Below, in pieces: positions 1-10,740 of a stretch of DNA of 64,000 nucleotides (the stretch's first letter is position 1; each line of letters begins with the position of its first letter). The stretch lies in the IMG/VR virus record IMGVR_UViG_3300035704_000393, positions 1 through 64,000 of that record; one strand, given 5' to 3'. The position numbers were made by a program, and so were the translations under genes. The stretch is from a virus. Below the pieces are notes generated by a model. The model did not search any database and was not told where the DNA came from. It saw only the letters and a program-made list of their open reading frames with translations.

Positions 1-21
1 CTGCCGCGCCTGCCCCCGGGA

Positions 22-691
22 GTGGCGATGACCAGCTGGGATACTGACCCGTTCGGCGCGCCCCGCGGCTACCGGCCCTACCACGACCCCGGCGGGAAGA
101 AACGACCGCCCTGCCCCGCCCGCGATCCCAACGTCCCCGTAAGCCGGCTCACCCTCGATGACGACGGCTACGTGGTCACCGTGATGATCTGCACGTGCGG
201 CGGCCTGGACAAGCCCGCCTGGGAGTCCGGCGACGTCCCCGCAGGAGCGTCCCGGTGACCGCCCTGATCAACCCGGACAGCCCGGTAGCCGCCTACTGTG
301 CCCCCGGCCTGAAGGCGTACGCCACCCGGCTGCTGGAGGACCGCGGCGAGGTGGTCCGCGAGGTGATCGAGCACCCGTGGATGGCCGGCCGCACCGACAT
401 CATCCTCGCCACCGACCCCGGCTGGCACACCCGCCCGCACCAGCCCGGGGACCCGGCGTGACCGGGGACTGCGGCTGGCTGGCCCGCCGCCGCGCGCTCG
501 CCGCGGTCGTCCGCGCCTTCGGGCAGGCCATGACCGAGCACGGCATCGCCCCCCACCCGGACGGCGCCTGCCCCGGCCCCGGCTGCCGCTGCCAGGAGCT
601 GGAGGATCAGGTGACCAGCCGCGCCATCGACCTCGCCGCCGCCGAACTCGGCGTCACCCCCGAATCACTCGACCCCGGGACAGGCCCGTGA
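22..691 (+). CDS. Three small translationally coupled hypothetical phage genes (22-258, 255-461, 458-691)
   Basis: Successive GTGA stop/start overlaps at 255-258, 458-461 and 688-691; high-GC3 codon use. Confidence 0.6.
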
Positions 692-1662
692 CCGGCCGCC
701 TGGAACCACCCGACTGGTACCCCGACGGCCACCGGGCCATCTGGGCCGACACGGTAGCCCGCCTCACCGACTCCGGCGGCGTGTTCCGCGCCGACCCGAT
801 GATCCTCGACACCTACGTCTGCGCCCACGTCAACCACACCAAGGCCGCCAGGCTCGCCGCCGAGACCACCCCCGTCCTCATCCGCAACGGGCAGCCCGTC
901 GCCAACCCCGCCCTCGCCGAGCAGCGCAGGGCCGCCGAAGCCCTCGCCCGCGCGTCCCGCCACCTCGGCCTCGACCGCAACCCCATGAGCGTCGCCATCG
1001 GCCAGCACCCCATGAGCGGCGACGGCCGCCGCTGGTGCGAGACCCACCAGCGGGACGAGTGCAAGCACAACCGCAAGGACGGCTCGCCGTGCCACCAGTA
1101 CCAGCTGATCCCCGGGATGGGGTCGTGCAAGCGGCACGCCGGGATGACGCTGGAGCAGGCCCGGGCGCAGGGGCAGGCGAACATCGCCCGGCTCTACACG
1201 TCGGAGGCGATGGACATCGACCCGGCCAGTGCCTTGCTCTGGGAGATCGGGCATTCGGCGGCGCACGTGGCGGACCTGCGCGCGGAGGTCCAGCAGCTCG
1301 CCGCGGAGCCCGGGCCGGACGGGCAGCCCGGCAGCGGCTTGTTCTACGGGGTGTACCGGGAGCTGTGGCGGGACGGGGAGCTGGCCGAGCGGGAGCTGCG
1401 GCCGGGTATCCACCCGAAGCTGAAGGCGTACGACACCGAGCGGGACCACCTGGTGAAGACGGCCGCGGCGGCGCGGACGACCGGCGCGCAGGAAGCCGCG
1501 GTGAACGTGGCCCGGGCGCTGGGCGCCGGGGTGCACGCGCTGATGACCGCGATCTTCAACGACCTGGAGCTGGCGGAGTGGCAGTGGGAGCGGGTGCCGC
1601 GCGTGGTCCCGGCGCGGCTGGCGGAGTTCGACCCGGACACGAGGGAACTGGAGGCACCCTGA
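688..1662 (+). CDS. terS: Terminase small subunit, P27-like N-terminus fused to a Cys/His (HGGxSTG-like) domain and helical C-terminus
   Basis: N-terminal PPDW...AIW...D..ILDTY..A...GQPVANPAL.EQRRA...LGL is typical of P27-family TerS; then CKHNRKDGSPC...GSCKRHAG. Confidence 0.65.
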   Translation: MTGRLEPPDWYPDGHRAIWADTVARLTDSGGVFRADPMILDTYVCAHVNHTKAARLAAETTPVLIRNGQPVANPALAEQRRAAEALARASRHLGLDRNPMSVAIGQHPMSGDGRRWCETHQRDECKHNRKDGSPCHQYQLIPGMGSCKRHAGMTLEQARAQGQANIARLYTSEAMDIDPASALLWEIGHSAAHVADLRAEVQQLAAEPGPDGQPGSGLFYGVYRELWRDGELAERELRPGIHPKLKAYDTERDHLVKTAAAARTTGAQEAAVNVARALGAGVHALMTAIFNDLELAEWQWERVPRVVPARLAEFDPDTRELEAP

Positions 1663-1664
1663 CA

Positions 1665-1934
1665 ATGAGCGAGCGGGAACGGCGTCTTGACGTCGAGATA
1701 CCAGGCTGGGAGGGGTCGATCGGGCCGGGGCCGGGCCAGTACGGCCGGCTCCACGTGTACGCCCGGGATACCGGGTCCGGGGTCGGTAACTGCCGGTGCG
1801 GCCACGAGCTGGGCCACTGGCTGCACGTCCAGGCGGCGCCGGGCGTCCCGGTGCCCGATTCGCTGCGCCGGGCCGGCTGGCAGGACCGCCAGGAACAGGC
1901 CCGCCGGCGGTCCGCCGGCACGAGCAGCGGGTGA
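1665..1934 (+). CDS. Hypothetical protein (CRCGH..H..H metal-binding motif)
   Basis: ATG at 1665 two bases after previous stop, GGAGG upstream. Confidence 0.55.
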   Translation: MSERERRLDVEIPGWEGSIGPGPGQYGRLHVYARDTGSGVGNCRCGHELGHWLHVQAAPGVPVPDSLRRAGWQDRQEQARRRSAGTSSG

Positions 1935-2614
1935 GGCGGGTGCCCGACGGCGAGCAGGACATCCGCGATCAGGTCTGGAATCTGTGCCAGCAGCTCGCCG
2001 ACTACCTGGAACGCCTCGAAGGGCTCACCGTGCAGCCCCCGGCGCCGCACGGCGCCCCGGTCCGGCCGCACCGGCCCGCGATGATCCCCGAACCCTACGG
2101 CAACGCCGGCCGGGTCCTGATGACCATCTGGGAAGGCATCCGCCGGCTGGAGGCGTCGCTGCGCCGCCAGGCCCTGGGCCACCTCGGCATGCGCCGCGGC
2201 GGCAGCCCCGGCAACACCGCCGACACCCTGGCCATGATCGGGAAGTTCACCTCCCGCGCCGATGAGCGGTCGGCCCGCAAGACCGCCCGGCTGCTGGGCC
2301 GGTGGATCGGCATGGCCCAGGCCGTCGAGGGGATAGACGAGGCCCGCCGCTGGCGGCACCTGCCCCGCCAGCCCGGCGAGGCCCTCCCGCCGCAGTGCCC
2401 GTTCTGCAAGACGTTCTTCCTGCTCGCCGACGTCGAGGCGCTGATCGTCGCCTGCTCCTACCCCGACTGCCCCGGCGACACCCAGGGCAACCCCGCGTCC
2501 GGCGCGATGGCCATAGACGAGCTGCGCCGCCCGCTCATCACCTGGACCGACGGGACAACCCAGATCGCCCCGTCACTGGTCCAGGTCGCCCCCGACCTTG
2601 ACGCCGCCAGCTGA
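1931..2614 (+). CDS. Zn-ribbon protein (CPFC...CSYPDC), possible late-transcription regulator
   Basis: GTGA overlap; two Cys pairs; position before the structural operon. Confidence 0.55.
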   Translation: MRRVPDGEQDIRDQVWNLCQQLADYLERLEGLTVQPPAPHGAPVRPHRPAMIPEPYGNAGRVLMTIWEGIRRLEASLRRQALGHLGMRRGGSPGNTADTLAMIGKFTSRADERSARKTARLLGRWIGMAQAVEGIDEARRWRHLPRQPGEALPPQCPFCKTFFLLADVEALIVACSYPDCPGDTQGNPASGAMAIDELRRPLITWTDGTTQIAPSLVQVAPDLDAAS

Positions 2615-2761
2615 ACCGCCCCGTTACCGGCCGGTTCGGCTGCCGCCTTGTCACGGCGGCGTGTAAGGTCCACAATCCAGGAGATCGAGGCCGCGCGGGG
2701 CGGCCGGCCCCGGGACCGCACGGCCGCCCGCGCACCTCGGGGGAGGGATGCTGACCCGCCG

Positions 2762-3163
2762 ATGAACCGTGACCTTTCACGCCCGGGCGCCCTCGCCCGG
2801 CTTGCCGCCGGGCTAGCCGGCGTCCACCGGCGCATGGCCGACCGGGTAGACCCCGGCGGCGCGCCGCGCACATCCACCCTGTCCTTCACCATCGAACCCG
2901 GCATCGGCATCGTCGTCCGCGACGACGGCCGCGGCTGCCGCCTCGGCTGGGCCGGCGGCGACTTTGACCGTGCCCGCGCCGACGCCGGCCAGCCCGCCGA
3001 CGGCGCCACCCGGGTCTGGCTCCCCGCGATCGCCGGACCCCGCTGGCCACCCGACGGGTACACCCCGCTGCCCGCCGACCCGCCGCTGATGTCCTGGCCC
3101 ACCACCGAGGGCCACCGCGGCAACCTGTCCGCCGTCGTGCTGCACAACGGGACCACAGAGTGA
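2762..3163 (+). CDS. Hypothetical protein
   Basis: GGGAGGG upstream of ATG 2762; coupled to next gene by GTGA. Confidence 0.5.
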   Translation: MNRDLSRPGALARLAAGLAGVHRRMADRVDPGGAPRTSTLSFTIEPGIGIVVRDDGRGCRLGWAGGDFDRARADAGQPADGATRVWLPAIAGPRWPPDGYTPLPADPPLMSWPTTEGHRGNLSAVVLHNGTTE

Positions 3164-3360
3164 CCCCGCGGCCACGTGGCCGCTGCCCGTTCTGCCGCCG
3201 GGTCGTCACCGGGCGCCCCGCCGGGCAGGAAGACAGCACCCGCTACGTCATCCTGCTGCCACACAACAAGGCCCGCCGGTCCCGCAACCCGCAGGTCTGC
3301 CAGTCCCGCGGCGAGCACCGCAAAGTCGAACGGCTCCCCGACGACACGCCCACCAGCTGA
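3160..3360 (+). CDS. Small Zn-binding hypothetical protein (CPFC...H...C)
   Basis: GTGA overlap with upstream gene; Cys/His pattern. Confidence 0.55.
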   Translation: MTPRPRGRCPFCRRVVTGRPAGQEDSTRYVILLPHNKARRSRNPQVCQSRGEHRKVERLPDDTPTS

Positions 3361-3485
3361 GAGAGGACCACCGCGCACGCGGGACGCGTGGGCCGACGCG
3401 TGCCGTTGATGCCAAGGTTCAGATTGTTATCTTCGCCGGCCGGTAAACCTGGCAACCCCGCTGCGCGTCTGGATACTGTCCGAGC

Positions 3486-3809
3486 GTGCAAGCGACACTG
3501 GGGCGTGACCAGGCAGGACCCGATGCTGACGGTGAACCGATGTGGACGGTCGAGCAGGCCGCCCAGTACTTCACCGAAAGCGGATTGCCGATCCGGGCGG
3601 AAAGGCTCGCCATGATCCTTCAGGGGCTCGAATGGGAACCCGACGGGTGGATGCCGTCCGGCCCCAAAGGCGGACGCGGCAAAGCGCTCTACGGCATGGG
3701 CCACGTGATGTGGCTGCACGCTACTTTGCAGGAGGGCATCATCCGGCGCGGCATCCGGCGCCGCGCCCGGTTAGGAAAGGGCGCGCGGCCCGCCGGCCGC
3801 GTCCGCTAG
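3486..3809 (+). CDS. Small MerR/excisionase-like HTH DNA-binding protein (start uncertain)
   Basis: MWTVEQAAQYF...GRGKALY..GHVMWLH pattern. Confidence 0.55.
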   Translation: MQATLGRDQAGPDADGEPMWTVEQAAQYFTESGLPIRAERLAMILQGLEWEPDGWMPSGPKGGRGKALYGMGHVMWLHATLQEGIIRRGIRRRARLGKGARPAGRVR

Positions 3810-4049
3810 CGGGGGCGGGGGCCTGCCTCTGACGCGGGGGCTGCGGCGGGCCGCGCTCTGGCGCCGCGGCCAGGGCCGGGCGCGACCATTGAGCGGGGAC
3901 GGCCAGCACCTGGCCCGTGACGGCCGCGGCCAGAACAGCCCACGATACTCCCGGCCGCGGCGGCCCGCGGCTACCCCGGGAAAATCACGGGGAAGCCGAG
4001 CGTATTTCACGGTTCGGGTTGACGCGGAGGGGTTCAATCCGGTGAACTA

Positions 4050-4090
4050 GCGGGCAGGACCCTTCTGCCTACTGGGCGGGTCCTGCCCGT
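4050..4090. terminator. GC-rich stem-loop between converging transcription units
   Basis: cgggcaggaccc ... gggtcctgcccg 12-bp inverted repeat. Confidence 0.55.
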
Positions 4091-4210
4091 TGCCTGGCCG
4101 CGAACGAGCCCCGCGACTGGCCCACCCCCCCAGGGCTGGCCCGGGACAAGCTGAGGACGGGAATCACAGGCCCCGGATCGCGGGCGACCCACACCGCCCC
4201 GGACCGGGGC

Positions 4211-5148
4211 CTACCCGCGCAGCCGCCAGCGCGCCACCCACCGGTACCACCGGAACCGGCGCCGCACCAGCGCCTCGGCCGCCTCGACCGGATCTTGCTG
4301 CGGGACCTCCCACGGCTCCCCGTGCTCCGGCAGGTACCACCGCGTCGTCACCGGCCGGCCTCCGCCCCGGCCCGGGCGCGGATCTCATCGAGCCGGCAGG
4401 CCATGCACACCCACCGGCGCGTCTTCCCGTCCGGCTGGAGGATACCGACGATCTGCCCGCCCGCCAGCACCAGGTGATCGCAGCCGCTCGCCGTCTGCGA
4501 GAACCGCGCCTGCATCACCCGCACCGGCTTCAGCGCCCGCGGCATCAGTTCAGCTCCGCCGGGTCGACCACCACTTTGGTGAGCTGCTTGCCCTGCTCCG
4601 CGGCCTTCGCCTGGGCGTACCGGTACACCCGGCAGCCCAGCGAGCACGGCCACATGATGAACGCCTCCCCGGTGACCCGGAACGCGCACCCGCACGGCGC
4701 CCGCTGCCACGGGTCCGGCCGGAGCCGCCGCCGGTTACTCACCGCGCCCTCGCCGGGTCGACCACCACGCCGGCGAACCGCCGGCCCGTCCGGCTGGCCA
4801 GCGCCTGCGCGTACCGCCACACCCGGCACGACGGCGAGCACGGCCACATGATGAACGCCACCCGGGTGACCCGCCACGCGCAGCCGCACGGCTCCCGCTC
4901 CCACGGATCGGCCCGCAGCGCCCGCCGGCTGCTCATCCCGGCGGCCTGCCCGTCGCCCGGAACGCGACCTTCCACTGCCCGTCGCGCACCGCGCCGAGCG
5001 ACTGCCACTCGATGTCCTCGTCAGTCACGACATGGCCGCAGCCCTCGCCGTCGAACCCGCCGCACGTCCACCGGCTCATCACCGGCTCGTACCGCATCTG
5101 GCCGTGCTCGGGGCATTGCGGCTGGTGCGCGAACCAAACCTCGCCCAT
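4211..5148 (-). CDS. Antisense cassette 1: five tiny coupled genes (5148-4933, 4936-4739, 4742-4545, 4545-4348, 4351-4211), mostly Cys-rich
   Basis: Chain of ATGA/GTGA/TGATG overlaps; 4936-4739 and 4742-4545 are clear paralogues. Confidence 0.7.
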
Positions 5149-5177
5149 GCCCGTACGATAGCCCGCCGGAGCGCCCC

Positions 5178-5486
5178 ATGCCTGCCGTCCTGATACAAGG
5201 GTTTACCGACTGGGAATGCCCGAATTGCGGGCGGGAACAGCAGACCGGGCCGCACCCGCCGAACTCCGCGCTGATGCACACCTGCCCGCGGCTGCACATG
5301 CTCACCGCCCCGATGGTCCGCAAGGGCACCCGGTGCAAGGTCTGGGCCGGGCTCCGCGAGGACTGGCAGGGCAAGGAGATCACCCAGGACGGCGACGACG
5401 GCCGTCCCTACATGCAGGTGGTGACGACGCGGGACAATGGTCAGGACGTGGCTGTGCTCGCGCCCTGCGCCCAGTTCTACGGCTAG
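5178..5486 (+). CDS. Hypothetical Zn-ribbon protein (WECPNC...HTCP)
   Basis: GGAG upstream of ATG 5178; phage-like composition. Confidence 0.65.
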   Translation: MPAVLIQGFTDWECPNCGREQQTGPHPPNSALMHTCPRLHMLTAPMVRKGTRCKVWAGLREDWQGKEITQDGDDGRPYMQVVTTRDNGQDVAVLAPCAQFYG

Positions 5487-6544
5487 AGCCCGGCCTGGTC
5501 GTAGGTCACCGCGTCACGCACCCCAAGCTCGCGCGCCCGGGCCACGTCGGCCTCGGTCTCGTACAGCACCGGCCCGCCCTGATCCCCGCCGCCCTGCTCG
5601 TCCAGGAACCGGTCGACCTGGAGGTCGCCGTGATCCGGGCACCCCGCCGGGTGCAGGTACGGGTGCCGCCCGTCGGTCCGGTACAGACCGCACCCCGGGC
5701 AGGCCCCCACCCGGCGCGGGTTCGGCTCCGGGATGACCGTCACTGGCCCAGCGCTTCCCGTAGCTTGCGGTTCAGCTCGGCGGTGAACTCGCCCAGCCGG
5801 GCCTGGGCCGCGTCGACGGCGGCCTGTGCCTGGTCCGGCGGCAGGTCCCAGATCGAGCAGCCAGGCAGCGGGGACCAGCTGCTCGCGGCCCGGTGCCACT
5901 CCAGGCCGCCGCAGTCGCAGCCCTGCACCTGGCTGATCTCTAGCGGCACGTCGATGGTCCGCAGCGGCAGCGGCTCCGGCACGTCCATCATTCCGGCCGG
6001 GCGCCGATCCGGGCCGGCCCGGACACCGGCAGCCCGCCGCACGGGTCGCGGTCCATGCCCCGGCGCCCTGACCGGCGCCCCTCGCACTGGGTCGCGTACC
6101 CGGCCCCGGCCAGTGCCCGCTCCATCTCGACCAGCTGGCCCGCCAGGTCCGGCGGCAGCCGCCCGCGGTCCAGCATCGCCCGCACCTCCACCGCGGCGGC
6201 CCGCAGGCCCCCGGTCATGTCCTCGGTGAACCGCCGGAACAACCCCGTCATGTCCGCCGTCATGGCGACCGGATATCCCGGACGAGTGTCTCCTGGACCC
6301 CGCCGGGCGGGCCGGCCACCTTGAACGCCGGCCCCAGGAACGCGGCGAGCTGGTCAATGCACGAGCCGCACAGCTCCACCGGCCTGTGCTCGTCCTCGCC
6401 GACGACCTCGGCCTGGCTGGTGCGGTGCACGACGGTCATGTGCAAGTACCCGGTGCGGGCCTCGCACTCGCTGCCGTCCCGGTCGCAGAACACCTTGTGC
6501 ACGATCCACGCTCCCTTAACCGCCGGCCCGCCGCCAGGCGGCAT
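5483..6544 (-). CDS. Antisense cassette 2: four small coupled genes (6544-6260, 6263-5988, 5991-5740, 5743-5483)
   Basis: ATGA/GTGA overlaps; CxxC motifs in most. Confidence 0.65.
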
Positions 6545-6576
6545 CTCGCTACCCTAAGCCCCCTGGAGGCTCAGCC

Positions 6577-6771
6577 GTGGCCGTTCCGCAGACTGCCCCG
6601 CCCGGCTACGCGTACCGGTCCCCGTGGTTCGTGTTCCGGTTCTTCTGCCTGATCGCCGCGATCTGTGAGTTCATCGCCGCGCTGTGCCTGTCCGGCATCA
6701 CCCACGGCCCCGCGCTGGCCTGGGCGGCGGGCGGCCTGTCCGCGTTCTTCCTCGCCTGGGCCGCGCCCTAA
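6577..6771 (+). CDS. Small two-TM membrane protein
   Basis: GGAGG RBS; two hydrophobic segments. Confidence 0.65.
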   Translation: MAVPQTAPPGYAYRSPWFVFRFFCLIAAICEFIAALCLSGITHGPALAWAAGGLSAFFLAWAAP

Positions 6772-6967
6772 ACCGCGCGGGCGCCGGCCGCGCGGCGGGC
6801 GCCACCCGCGCCGCACCGGCGGGCACCGCTGCGGATCATCCCGGCCGCCCCACGGCGCCCACGGATGCGCCGTACCGAACAAGCACACCCGGCAGAACCG
6901 CCTGGCGTGACGCCTGCGCCGCCGCATAGCCACCCACCCTAACCACCCCGTCCCCGAGGGAGGCCAG

Positions 6968-7417
6968 ATGACCGAGGCACCCGGCGGCGGCGGAGCCGCA
7001 CCCGCCCCGCGCGCCGAGACCAACGGCGGACCCCCGGCGATCACCGCGGCCGACCTGCCCGCCGAGATCGCCCAGCTGCTCCCCGAGGGCTTCGAGCTGC
7101 CCCCCGGGTTCGCGTTCATCCAGGTCCCCGAGCCCAGCCCCGAGCAGAAGGTCCTGGGCGCCGCCGAGCACGCCGCGATGCAGCGCGGCCTGCTGGAAGC
7201 CGCCCAGGCCGACCTGGAGATTACCCGGCAGCGGGCCGCCGGCCTGATCGAGGCCGCCGAGGCAGGCGTCGAGAAGCTCCGCGGCGAGGCCGCCGAGGCC
7301 GAGCAGCGCGCCGAGCGGATCGCCGCCGAGCAGGGCCTGGAGCTGCCACCGCCCGGGCAGCGACCCCGGCTGACTATCTGGGATACCCCGCCTGCGGATG
7401 AAAGCGAGCAGGGCTGA
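6968..7417 (+). CDS. Hypothetical coiled-coil protein
   Basis: GAGGGAGG RBS; Ala/Glu-rich helical segment. Confidence 0.65.
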   Translation: MTEAPGGGGAAPAPRAETNGGPPAITAADLPAEIAQLLPEGFELPPGFAFIQVPEPSPEQKVLGAAEHAAMQRGLLEAAQADLEITRQRAAGLIEAAEAGVEKLRGEAAEAEQRAERIAAEQGLELPPPGQRPRLTIWDTPPADESEQG

Positions 7418-7737
7418 TGCTCCAGCTGCTCACGTACCTCCTGGAGCCGTCTGGCGCCCCTGGCGCGGAGCCGCACGGGGTCAGCCTGCCGAGCTGCGAC
7501 GGCCCGTTCGACATCGAGGTCACCGCCGTCCAGGGGCCGGTCGCAGTGGCCACGTCGTACATCGACCCGGTGCCGCTCGCCAGCCTCACGGAGTCAGGGA
7601 GCTACCCGTTCGCCGTGGTCACGGAGGGCGACACGAGGCGTTTCACAGTCCGGGGCAGCGGGACCGTGTTCGTGGCATCGGTCAATGCCACGGCTGACGG
7701 GCCGTCTATCGCCAGCGTGACCATCTCGACCAGGTGA
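7417..7737 (+). CDS. Hypothetical small beta-rich protein
   Basis: TGATG overlap with upstream gene. Confidence 0.6.
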   Translation: MLQLLTYLLEPSGAPGAEPHGVSLPSCDGPFDIEVTAVQGPVAVATSYIDPVPLASLTESGSYPFAVVTEGDTRRFTVRGSGTVFVASVNATADGPSIASVTISTR

Positions 7738-7753
7738 AAGGGCGGGTGACCTG

Positions 7754-8254
7754 ATGGCCTTCGGTGCCCTGTCGGCGATCTTCAACGTGTGGCAGTACAG
7801 CGTCGCCTATTCGGGCGCGGTGGCCAACCCGAAGCTCAACAGCACCACGTTCAAGGCGGCCCTGTTCAACAACACGACCACCCCCGACAACACGGTCGCC
7901 GCGGCCACCGCCGCGTACAACACCGGCCAGTGGGTGGTCGCCAACGAAGTCACGGATGCCACCAACTGGGTCGCTGGCGGCCGGGCCATCGGCACCCCGT
8001 CGGCCCCGCCGGGCGCGTACGTGGCGCAGAACTTCGTCATGCTCGACGCCGCCGACACCGCAGGCGGCGGCAACGTCACGCTGAGCAACGTCTACGGCGA
8101 CCTGGTGTACGACACCGCCGTCACCACCCCCGTTACCAACCTCGCCATCGGCTACCACTCCTACGGAGGCTCAGCCCAAGGGGTCACCGCAGGCACGTTC
8201 ACCATAATCTGGCACGCCAACGGGATCGTGCGGTGGACGCATACGCCAGCGTAG
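7754..8254 (+). CDS. Small virion structural protein (fibre/decoration subunit type)
   Basis: FKAALF...NEV....W.AGG...DAAD...LVYD...VTAGTFTI.W..NGI pattern of small phage fibre/virion subunits. Confidence 0.65.
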   Translation: MAFGALSAIFNVWQYSVAYSGAVANPKLNSTTFKAALFNNTTTPDNTVAAATAAYNTGQWVVANEVTDATNWVAGGRAIGTPSAPPGAYVAQNFVMLDAADTAGGGNVTLSNVYGDLVYDTAVTTPVTNLAIGYHSYGGSAQGVTAGTFTIIWHANGIVRWTHTPA

Positions 8255-8306
8255 CTGGCCGGGGGTCTCACGGCCGCCGCGCCCGGACGGGAAAGGAGGG
8301 CAGGTC

Positions 8307-8642
8307 ATGACCGGTCAGCGGGTGGGCGGCATCGACCCCGGCGGCCCGGGCGACTCGCCGTGGGTGTGGATCGCGCAGGACGCGCACGGCGAGGCCATCG
8401 AGATCGACGTCGACTTCGACCCCGGCACCCTGGCCCTGCTCGACGCCAACGTGTTCCGGCAAGCCGACTGCCTCTACCGCCACATCTACATCGGGACCGG
8501 GCCGAACGGCCGCCCCGAAACCTCCAGGAACGCCTACGCCGTCCCGGCCGGGCAGACCACGATCACAGCCGCGCAGCTCGCCGCGAACGGCCTGCACACC
8601 ATCACGGACATCCTGGCCTTGCAGATCACCGCCGGCCCCTGA
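8307..8642 (+). CDS. Hypothetical protein
   Basis: AAGGAGG RBS before ATG. Confidence 0.7.
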   Translation: MTGQRVGGIDPGGPGDSPWVWIAQDAHGEAIEIDVDFDPGTLALLDANVFRQADCLYRHIYIGTGPNGRPETSRNAYAVPAGQTTITAAQLAANGLHTITDILALQITAGP

Positions 8643-8666
8643 CCCCCTGCCACCCGGAGGTACCTG

Positions 8667-10739
8667 GTGGCTACTGTCACACCCGACGCCGCCGGCCCCA
8701 GTTCCGCCGGGACCGCGTTCACCGCCACCTCCGGCTCCTGGACCCACGTCAACGGCGGCAACGGCATCCTGGTCGGCTGCACCGTGTTCACCGGCAGCTC
8801 GGATACCATCACCGCCGTCTCCTACGGCGGGGTGGCCCTGACCCATCTCGGGTACATCGGCCCGAACGGCGCCGGGGGCGTCTCGTTCTGGGGGCTGGCC
8901 GGCCCGTCCTGCCCCACCGGGTCCAACACGGTCCAGGTCACCAAGACCGGCACGAGCAACTGCAACGCCGGGTCGGTCAGCGTGGCCGGGGCGGGCTCGT
9001 TCGGCTCGCTGTTCAGCGCCCAGAACGGCGGCAGCGCCACCAGCCAGGCCATCACGGTCACCGGCACCACGGCCGGGGGGCTCATCGTGTCGGTGGCCGC
9101 GTGGGGCGGCGGCGGCACCAGCTCGGTCAGCTCGCCAGCGACCCAGCAGTGGTCCCACCCCAACTCGTCGTCCTCCGGCGCGGACGGCGGCGGCGGCGCC
9201 ACCTGCCCGTCTCCCGGCGGCGGCGCGTCCCAGACGATCACCTGGACCGAAACCGCCGCCGACGAGTGGTACGTCCTCGCCGTCGAGGTCCTCCCGCCCG
9301 CGCCGTCCGGCCCGGGCGGGGTCACCCAGGACCCGTCCACCCCGGCCGCCGTCGATGCCACCGGCTCGGTCTCCGCCACCGTCGTGACCGCCAGCTTCTC
9401 CCCGCCCGCCGGGTCGCTGGCCGTGGTCACCGTCAACATCGGGTTCGCCGCCACGCAGGCCACCGCGCCGAACGTGTCCGTGGCCGACTCGGCCGGCAAC
9501 ACCTACACGCCCGGTCCCGGCGTCTACGACGGCGTGTTCGACGGAACCTGGCACTTCACCTGGTACTACGCCGCCGCGCCCGGCGCGGTCACCGTCACCG
9601 CGACCCGCGACCAGACCGCCGCCGCGCTGTACGAGCTGTACCCGCGGGTCCTGGCCGGCGCGGCCACCAGCCAGGCCGCCGCTGCCGCCGCCGCCGCATC
9701 ATCAGGCACGCCGATCACGACCGGCTCCCTGGCCGGCGGGACGATCACCCCCGCGGCAGCCGGGTCGCTGCTGGTCGTCGGGGCCTGCATCGGGGCCACT
9801 GAGAACGCCTGGCTCCCCGCAGGCGGCGTCGGCACCGACCTGACCCACCAGGACACCACAGACGGCATCCAGTCGTTCAACGGGCACCTGATCGCCGGCC
9901 CGCACCCGGCTGCGCCCGGCTGGAAGCCGCTGTCCAACGCCGCCGAGTACTCCTGGGCCGCCCTCGAAGTCCTCGCCGCGGCCCCGCCGTCCATCCCGGT
10001 CATCCAGGCGGTCACCGCCCCGAACGCCACGACCGTCACGCTGCCCTACCCGACCCGGGCCGGCTCGGCGCTGATCATCGGGATCTCCCTCGCCGACGGC
10101 GTGAACGCCCCGCCCTCAGTGACCGGCGTCACCACCGATACCGGCACCGCGGCCCTGGCCATCGCCGAGACCACGGTCACGAACACCGCCCAGAACGGTT
10201 ACTACGCCGCCATCTGGTGGGTGGCCGACTGCCCGGCCGGCACCACCACCGTGACCATCGCCACCACCGCGGGCCTGTCGAACTCGACGGGCTTCTCGGT
10301 GGTCGAGGCGCCCGTCACCCTCCTGGACGGCACCAGCGCCGGCGCGGCCAGCGCGAACGCTTGGAACAGCGGCGACGCGGCCATGTCCTGGCCCGCGGAG
10401 CTAGTCGTCGGCGTGATCGGCGGCGGGTTCGGCAACGGCTCCTACTCGTTCCTGACCGGCGCCACCGCCCACCCGGCCACCGGGCTGCTGCTGCTGAACC
10501 AGAGCGCCGAAGGTACGGCATACCTGATCACCGGGACCGGCGACGGGGCCACCGCCCAGTTCAAGGGCGCGATCACCGGCGCCAGCTCCTACAACACGGA
10601 CTGCGTAGTCGCCACATTCGCGGCGCCCGCCTTCCCCGCCGCCGCAGCCGACCTGCACGACACCGGGCAGGGCTCCTGGGTCAGCCCCGGCGCGGCCACC
10701 GCCGACGACGGCGCGGCGGCCACCTGGGCGGTGACCTGA
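8667..10739 (+). CDS. Putative virion surface/adhesin protein, three tandem Thr/Ala/Gly-rich beta-sandwich-like modules
   Basis: GGAGG RBS; recurring G.L.V.V/I...S and W..A.EVL motifs. Confidence 0.65.
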   Translation: MATVTPDAAGPSSAGTAFTATSGSWTHVNGGNGILVGCTVFTGSSDTITAVSYGGVALTHLGYIGPNGAGGVSFWGLAGPSCPTGSNTVQVTKTGTSNCNAGSVSVAGAGSFGSLFSAQNGGSATSQAITVTGTTAGGLIVSVAAWGGGGTSSVSSPATQQWSHPNSSSSGADGGGGATCPSPGGGASQTITWTETAADEWYVLAVEVLPPAPSGPGGVTQDPSTPAAVDATGSVSATVVTASFSPPAGSLAVVTVNIGFAATQATAPNVSVADSAGNTYTPGPGVYDGVFDGTWHFTWYYAAAPGAVTVTATRDQTAAALYELYPRVLAGAATSQAAAAAAAASSGTPITTGSLAGGTITPAAAGSLLVVGACIGATENAWLPAGGVGTDLTHQDTTDGIQSFNGHLIAGPHPAAPGWKPLSNAAEYSWAALEVLAAAPPSIPVIQAVTAPNATTVTLPYPTRAGSALIIGISLADGVNAPPSVTGVTTDTGTAALAIAETTVTNTAQNGYYAAIWWVADCPAGTTTVTIATTAGLSNSTGFSVVEAPVTLLDGTSAGAASANAWNSGDAAMSWPAELVVGVIGGGFGNGSYSFLTGATAHPATGLLLLNQSAEGTAYLITGTGDGATAQFKGAITGASSYNTDCVVATFAAPAFPAAAADLHDTGQGSWVSPGAATADDGAAATWAVT

Positions 10740-10740
10740 C

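Noticed and set aside
4545-4936. Diversity-generating retroelement TR/VR pair
   Set aside because: Differences between the copies are not adenine-specific, both are intact ORFs, and no RT is present
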